In this document: positions 8,961-14,159 of the stretch, one piece after another
Layout of the letters: every line of letters starts with the position of its first letter
Position numbering within the stretch: position 1 is the stretch's first letter
DNA from: Octopus sinensis
Lineage: Eukaryota
Length of the DNA: 14,159 nt
Assembly (NCBI RefSeq): GCF_006345805.1
Contig: NW_021825582.1
Span: 1-14,159 of the forward strand
Reading direction: 5' to 3'
Program-made: the position numbers and the translations under genes
The notes under the pieces: generated by a model
Databases searched by the model: none
Told to the model about the DNA's origin: nothing
Seen by the model: the letters and a program-made list of their open reading frames with translations, nothing else

Positions 8961-9373
8961 GGCGCAGGAGTGGCTGTGTGGTAAGTAGCTTGCTAACCAA
9001 CACATGGTTCCGGGTTCAGTCCCACTGCGTGGCATCTGGGCAAGTGTCTTCTGCTATAGCCTCGGGCCGACCAATGCCTTGTGAGTAGATTTGGTAACGG
9101 AAACTGAAAGAATCCCGTCGATATATGTATATATATGTATATGCGTGTTGTGTGTTTGTGGTCTGTGTTTGTCCCCCCTAGCATTGCTTGACAACCGATG
9201 CTGGTGTGTTTACGTCCCCGTTACTTAGCGGTTCGGCAAAAGAGACCGATAGAATAAGTACTGGGCTTACAAAAGAATAAGTCCCGGGTTCGAGCTGCTC
9301 GATTAAAGGTGGTGCTCCAGCATGGCCGCAGTCAAATGACTGAAACAAGTAAAAGAGTAAAAGAGTAAAGAGT
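8961..9373 (+). mobile_element. tRNA-headed CORE-like SINE, full length
   Basis: A-box-like TGGCTGTGTGG (8971-8981), B-box-like GGTTCAGTCCC (9013-9023), CORE-like TGGGCAAGT motif, internal (TA/TG)n, and (AAAGAGT)n tail. It resembles the tRNA-derived SINEs described from octopus; the exact family is not assigned. Confidence 0.93.
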
Positions 9374-9696
9374 ATATGTTTTTGTCCTGTTATTATTATT
9401 ATTATTATTGTTTTTTGTATTTATATTCGTGTGACATCGTCCGTTTTTCTGTCCTTGTTTCATATACATTCGATCCTTTTTTCCAAGAAGTCTAATGCTC
9501 GCAGCTTAGTTTTTCCTTGGGGCTGGCCAGATCGGAGCAATCTCAAGATTAATCAGCCGAAATTGCAAGGATGATCTGGTTCTTGACTGAAGATTAGAGG
9601 CTTCGAATGACCTGTCCGTTTTTTTGTATCGTCTATTTGAATGTTTTGCATTCTTGTCCCATTTTGTATTTATATATATTTTTTATAATTATATAT

Positions 9697-9739
<43 letters not shown>

Positions 9740-9849
9740 ATAGTCATTACAGATATAGGGTGAAATATAATTAATTTAATAAAATCAATAAATTTCACCT
9801 AGTAGTATTTCGGTATGGAAAAGACCATATTCGGTAAAATTTATATATA

Positions 9850-9973
9850 TATAATAATAAGGGTTTTTTGCAACGAGTTGCTTAAACTACATACCGAAAA
9901 TTTTAAATATAGCAGCCAAAAATTTTCGGTATGTGGTTTAAACAACTTGTTGCAAAAAACCCTTATTATTATA
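9850..9973. repeat. Long inverted repeat: 55-bp arms, 14-nt spacer, 3 mismatches
   Basis: 9850-9904 pairs with 9919-9973 around AAATATAGCAGCCA. Confidence 0.95.
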
Positions 9974-9980
9974 ATTATAA

Positions 9981-10275
9981 CATAAAAAGCACCATCCATT
10001 CGTGGCCGTTGCCAACCTCGCCTGGCCCCCGTGCCGGTGGCACGTAAAAAGCACCATCCGATCGTGGCCATTTGCCAGCCTCATCTGGCACCTGTGCTGG
10101 TTGCACGTAAAAGCACCCACTACACTCACGGAGTGGTTGGCGTTAAGAAGGGCATCCAGCCGTAGAAACATTGCCAGATCAGACTGGAGCCTGGTGCAGC
10201 CTTCTGGCTTCCCAGACCCCTGTTGAACCGTCCAACCCATGCTAGCATGGAAAGCGGATGCTAAATGATGATGAT
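9981..10275 (+). mobile_element. SINE-like element with (GAT)n tail carrying about two internal 67-bp-type units
   Basis: CATAAAAAGCACCATCC... units at 9981 and about 10041, then the same 3' body as 2185-2367, followed by (AT)n to about 10324. Confidence 0.92.
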
Positions 10276-10276
10276 A

Positions 10277-10324
<48 letters not shown>

Positions 10325-10327
<3 letters not shown>

Positions 10328-10563
10328 TCTCAGATGGGTTGTGTCCTTGAGTAATTTAACCTTCAATTGTAGCAGCTGTACAATTAAATGATCTTGTTTT
10401 GAATATCATGAGAAGTCCAGAAGACATGCAGTTGGCAGATCTTAAACAACCATTGTATTCTGCAACTACTTCCCATGTAGACTGAAAATTATTCATATTG
10501 TTTGAGTCTTCTGTTTCTTCATGTCCTCCAAATGGTAATTCTTCACAGGCAAAAATTTCAATA
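10325..10563 (-). pseudogene. Fossil hAT transposase, N-terminal region piece 3 (DUF4371-like)
   Basis: Minus strand reads IEIFACEELPFGGHEETEDSNNMNNFQSTWEVVAEYNGCL, then after a frameshift VFWTSHDIQNKII. This matches LPFRGHDES.DS.N.GNF...L.LLAEY...L and F.GTS..IQN.LI. Confidence 0.85.
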
Positions 10564-10615
10564 GAGTCATTCCATATAAATCTGACTAAAGTTCAAACAA
10601 TTTTGCACAGCAAAT

Positions 10616-10679
10616 GGCGGTGCCCAGCATGGCCACAGCTCATGAGCTGAAACTAGATAAAATAAAATAAAATAAAATG
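10616..10679 (+). mobile_element. 3' tail of a related SINE subfamily
   Basis: GGCGGTGCCCAGCATGGCCACAG... matches the SINE subterminal motif but ends CTCATGAGCTGAAACTAGA(TAAAA)n. Confidence 0.7.
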
Positions 10680-10686
10680 ACCAACT

Positions 10687-11100
10687 GGCGCAGGAGTGGC
10701 TGTGTGGTAAGTAGCTTGCTAACCAACCACATGGTTCCGGGTTCAGTCCCACTGCGTGGCATCTTGGGCAAGTGTCTTCTGCTATAACCCCGGGCCGACC
10801 AATGCCTTGTGAGTGGATTTGGTAGATGGAAACTGAAAGAAGCCTGTCGTATATATGCATATATATGTATATGTATGTATGTGTATGTGTTTGTGTGTCT
10901 GTGTTTGTACCCCTAGCATTGCTTGACAACCGATGCTGGTGTGTTATGCCCCGGTCACTTAGCGGTTCGGCAAAAGAGACCGATAGAATAAGTACTGGGC
11001 TTACAAAGAATAAGTCCCGGGGTCGATTTGCTCGACTAAAGGCGGTGCTCCAGCATGGCCGCAGTCAAATGACTGAAACATGTAAAAGAGTAAAAGAGTA
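10687..11100 (+). mobile_element. tRNA-headed CORE-like SINE, full length, nested in the Sola2-like element
   Basis: GGCGCAGGAGTGGCTGTGTGG head to GTAAAAGAGTAAAAGAGT tail; possible AACT target duplication. Confidence 0.95.
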
Positions 11101-11754
11101 ACTGAGATTTGCCTTGTTTTTTTTTTTTTGTAATACCTCTATATGCATAAGGAACACATGCATTATTTTAGGGTCCAACCACAAAAGGTTTCAAAGATAT
11201 GTCCCACCACCAAAAAATTTGAGGGTCATGCCCTCGTGGAGTTCAAATGGCAATTTATACAGATTCTTTTGCTGAGTATCTTTAAAACTAATCATAGTAT
11301 TTGACTGAAATTGGCTCCCCCTGGTAATCTGAACCCAGGCTGTCAGAATCTACTATCAGAATTGCTCTAGTTACTGGCTTTTTGAATATGAATTTTTTCA
11401 TGGGTGGAAATTAAAAAAAAAATCAACAATTAAGGGCACATCCCCCTACCTTTTCCATGAAGCCAAAATGTTTAATACAAGCAAACGTCTGCTGGGTTTC
11501 TTCCACGATAAAAATATTGACAATGTACAAGGCCTAATATAATAGAGGCCTCTGAAAATGGTTCAAGGTGAAAAATGAAAAACACTATTTTAACAATTTT
11601 CACCTTGCAAGTTCACTATGTGGGTAAATAAAACAAGGGAACGAAACTTGTTCTCCAGGAATGTATACATCCAAACTTCATTCGTTCAAAAGAAGTTTAA
11701 GCCAAAGTGATCAAGTGTACAGCTCTAGTTGAGTTCATATGGAATGACCCAATA

Positions 11755-11807
11755 CAATGAATTAATCTTTTCAATACATCATAGTTTTTCTCAACTGATC
11801 TATTATT
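11755..11807 (-). pseudogene. Fossil hAT transposase, N-terminal region piece 2
   Basis: Minus strand reads NRSVEKNYDVLKRLIHC, in frame with piece 3 once 10564-11750 and one AATA are removed. Confidence 0.8.
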
Positions 11808-11997
11808 CTTTCTTTTTTACTTGTTTCAGTCATTTGACTGCGGCCATGCTGGAGCACCGCCTTTAGTCGAGCAAATCGACCCCGGACTTATTCTTTGTAA
11901 GCCCAGTTCTTATTCTATCGGTCTCTTTTGCCGAACCGCTAAGTGACGGGGACATAAACACACCAGCATCGGTTGTCAAGCAATGCTAGGGGGACAA

Positions 11998-12028
<31 letters not shown>

Positions 12029-12199
12029 CATATATACGACAGGCTTCTTTCAATTTACATCTACCAAGTCCACTCACAAGGCATTCATCGGCCCGGGGCT
12101 ATAGCAGAAGACACTTGCCCAAGATGCCACGCAGTGGGACTGAACCCAGAACCATGTGGTTGGTAAGCAAGCTACTTACCACACAGCCACTCCTGCGCC
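11808..12199 (-). mobile_element. tRNA-headed CORE-like SINE, full length, inserted in the hAT fossil
   Basis: Complete reverse-complement copy ending ...CACACAGCCACTCCTGCGCC at 12199. Confidence 0.95.
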
Positions 12200-12412
12200 A
12201 ATGGAACTGAATCAAAGCTGCTTTCTAGTGATTGATCGTTGTATCAATTTCTTATCAGCCAAAGGTTTTTAGAGGAATTACGTAATCCAGAGGGTCCTGA
12301 CGGTTTTGTGTTTTGGCAAAGCTGTAATCAAATTGTGCAAATTGCAGAAGTCAGTAGTTGTCCATAGTTTCTAATGCTGACAAAATGACAGACACGGGAA
12401 ACAGAACAATTT
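12200..12412 (-). pseudogene. Fossil hAT transposase, N-terminal region piece 1 (TTF-type zinc-finger region)
   Basis: Minus strand reads [34 protein letters not shown], then after a frameshift LKTFG**EIDTTINH*KAALIQFH. This matches [10 protein letters not shown]...WT..GF.DL.NL....KH and LK.FG...ID. Confidence 0.85.
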
Positions 12413-12580
12413 GTGACTGTGTGGTAAGAAGCTTGCTGCCCAACCATATGGTTCTGAGTTCAGTTCCACTGCATGACACCTTTGGGAAAGCGTCTTCTAC
12501 TACAGCCTCAGACCAACCAAAACCTTGTGAGTGGATTTGGTCCACTGAAAGAAGCCCAATGTGTGTGTGTGTATGTATAT

Positions 12581-12620
<40 letters not shown>

Positions 12621-12719
12621 CATATTACATATATATATATATATGTATGATAACACACCTAAACTGGTTGCCTCTCAGTTGCAGGAGATACAAAGACACA
12701 TAGGTATATATTATTATTC

Positions 12720-12760
<41 letters not shown>

Positions 12761-12985
12761 ATATATATATGTATGTATGTATATTATATATATATATATA
12801 TATGTATGTATATTATATATATATATATGTATGTATATTATATATATATATATATGTATGTATATTATATATATATATATATATGTATGTATTTATATAT
12901 ATATATATATGTATGTATATTATATATATATATATATATATGTATGTATATTATATATATATAATATATATATGTATGTATATTA

Positions 12986-13018
<33 letters not shown>

Positions 13019-13235
13019 ATAATTATACTTATGTGCATTTGTATCTGTTTTGTCTCCTGACGGACAACCAGTCTATGTGTGTTTATGTAACTTAGCAGTC
13101 CAGCAAAAGAGACTAATAGAATAATTACCAGGCTTTAAAAAACAGAGTACTAGGGTTCAGTCATTTGACTAACAATTCTTGAAAGTGGTGCCCCAGCATG
13201 GCTGCAGTCTAATGACTGAAACGAGTTAAAGATAA
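12413..13235 (+). mobile_element. Older, diverged CORE-like SINE whose central microsatellite has expanded to about 470 bp
   Basis: Degenerate head at 12413-12557 and degenerate 3' half at about 13030-13235, separated by TA/TG-rich repeats. Confidence 0.7.
12560..13016. repeat. Compound (TA)n/(TG)n/(TATG) microsatellite with a higher-order unit
   Basis: (AT)nGTATGTATATT recurs about eight times in 12760-12985. Source of the I/Y-rich ORFs. Confidence 0.93.
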
Positions 13236-13252
13236 GGGCTAAAATATATACT

Positions 13253-13632
13253 CCACAGAAGTGGCTGTGTGGTAAGTAGCTTGCTTACCAACCACATGGT
13301 TCTGGGTTCAGTCCCACTGTGTGGCACCTTGGGCAAGTGTCTTCTACTATAGCCTCAGGTCGACCAAAGCCTTGTGAGTGGATTTGGTAGACGGAAACTA
13401 AAAGAAGTTTATCGTATATATGTATGTTTGTCCCCCCCAACATCGCTTGACAACCGATGCTGGTATGTTTACATCTCCATAACTTAGCGGTTCGGCAATA
13501 CAGTCCGATAGAATAAGTACTAGGTCTACAGAGAATAAGTCCTGGGGTCGATTTGCTCGACTAAAGGCGGTGCTCCAGCATGGCCGTAGTCAAATGACTG
13601 AAACAAGTAAAAGAGAAAAGAGAAAAAGAGTA
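13253..13632 (+). mobile_element. tRNA-headed CORE-like SINE, near full length
   Basis: GTGGCTGTGTGGTAAG head, ACCTTGGGCAAGT core, short central block, AAAAGAG tail. Confidence 0.93.
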
Positions 13633-13894
13633 CTGAAAAATCATGAAATAAATTAGAATGAAGCAAATAGGCAAATTGACTCAGCATCCATTTTCCATCT
13701 AAATCTGTCTGACTATGAGGAAAGCTTTAAGTCCTTTGAATAGGCAAGTTTTTTATCTTTGACTCATTGGGCAGGAAAAACATCAGCACCTCAGAAGAAA
13801 AGGCAGAATTCTGGTTTAAGCACTCTATAACTTTTTTTCCTTCTGGAATTTACTGAAATCTTTTGCAAATTTGCATTCTACACACAGGTGTTCA

Positions 13895-14063
13895 TACTCT
13901 TTACTCTTTTACTTGTTTCAGTCATTTGACTGTGGCCATGCTGGAGCACCACCTTTGGTCGAGCAAATTGACCCCAGGACTTATTCTTTGTAAGCCTAGT
14001 ACTTATTCTATCGGTCTCTTTTGCCGAACCGCTAAGTTACGGGGACATAAACACACCAGCATC
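13895..14063 (-). mobile_element. 3' half of the CORE-like SINE (5'-truncated)
   Basis: TACTCTTTACTCTTTTACTTGTTTCAGTC...AAACACACCAGCATC, after which similarity stops. Confidence 0.93.
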
Positions 14064-14159
14064 AAGACTACATTTTGCACTAAATGCCAATATGAGAGTT
14101 TCTCTCATGGTACCTACCACAGTAGAGTTTGCTCTAACAGAACATCCACATTTAAGTGG

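Larger units (their letters stand above)
10564..11750. mobile_element. Non-autonomous DNA transposon, Sola2-like, with 28-bp imperfect TIRs and AATA target duplication
   Basis: Left end GAGTCATTCCATATAAATCTGACTAAAG versus reverse complement of right end GGGTCATTCCATATGAACTCAACTAGAG: 21/28 identical, all 7 differences are transitions. AATA occurs at 10560-10563 and 11751-11754. GRG...CYC termini with a 4-bp TSD fit Sola2. Confidence 0.7.

Noticed and set aside
8961-9035. tRNA gene
   Set aside because: A/B-box-like motifs without a complete cloverleaf, continuing into SINE body and present in many copies.
9560-9625. Hammerhead at CTGAAGA...CGAAT and upstream CCGAAA
   Set aside because: Stems I and II cannot be formed in either permutation.
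10361-10585. Apparent 225-bp phase-symmetric host exon on the - strand (AG...GT, 74 open codons, CUB-like look)
   Set aside because: Its acceptor and first codons lie in the TIR of the Sola2-like element, and the rest matches hAT transposase motifs with a frameshift.
12259-12349. Possible + strand exon QRFLEELRNPEGPDGFVFWQSCNQIVQIAE with AG/GT ends
   Set aside because: It is the mirror frame of the minus-strand hAT zinc-finger region, which explains the sequence better.
12351-13095. 245-aa and neighbouring ORFs
   Set aside because: Stop-poor TA/TG microsatellite plus SINE sequence.
13633-13850. Minus-strand frame of about 70 codons with one stop (PEGKKVIECL...)
   Set aside because: No recognisable motif or good splice pair, and such a stretch is compatible with chance. 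It might be upstream hAT sequence but I cannot support that.

Overview
Eukaryotic, AT-rich DNA made almost entirely of transposons and repeats. It is most likely from an octopus or other coleoid cephalopod, an inference from the SINE families I recognise. I find no intact host gene, RNA gene or CRISPR array. Nearly all ORF-track entries are artefacts of microsatellites, SINEs or tandem repeats. The window holds: (1) a >2.1 kb array of 67-bp units that is the expanded internal repeat of a SINE-like element ending in (GAT)n; (2) nine copies or fragments of a tRNA-headed CORE-like SINE; (3) two fossil hAT (ZMYM1/THAP12-like, DUF4371-type) transposase segments on opposite strands, the N-terminal one readable only after removing a SINE and a Sola2-like element (AATA target duplication); (4) a Penelope-type GIY-YIG endonuclease fragment; (5) non-autonomous Helitron-like elements; (6) a 454-bp TA-flanked MITE; (7) a 14-copy 47-bp minisatellite next to its single-copy form; (8) a 55-bp-arm near-perfect hairpin; (9) a 339-bp tandem duplication. 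All family names come from motif recognition by eye, not database searches.
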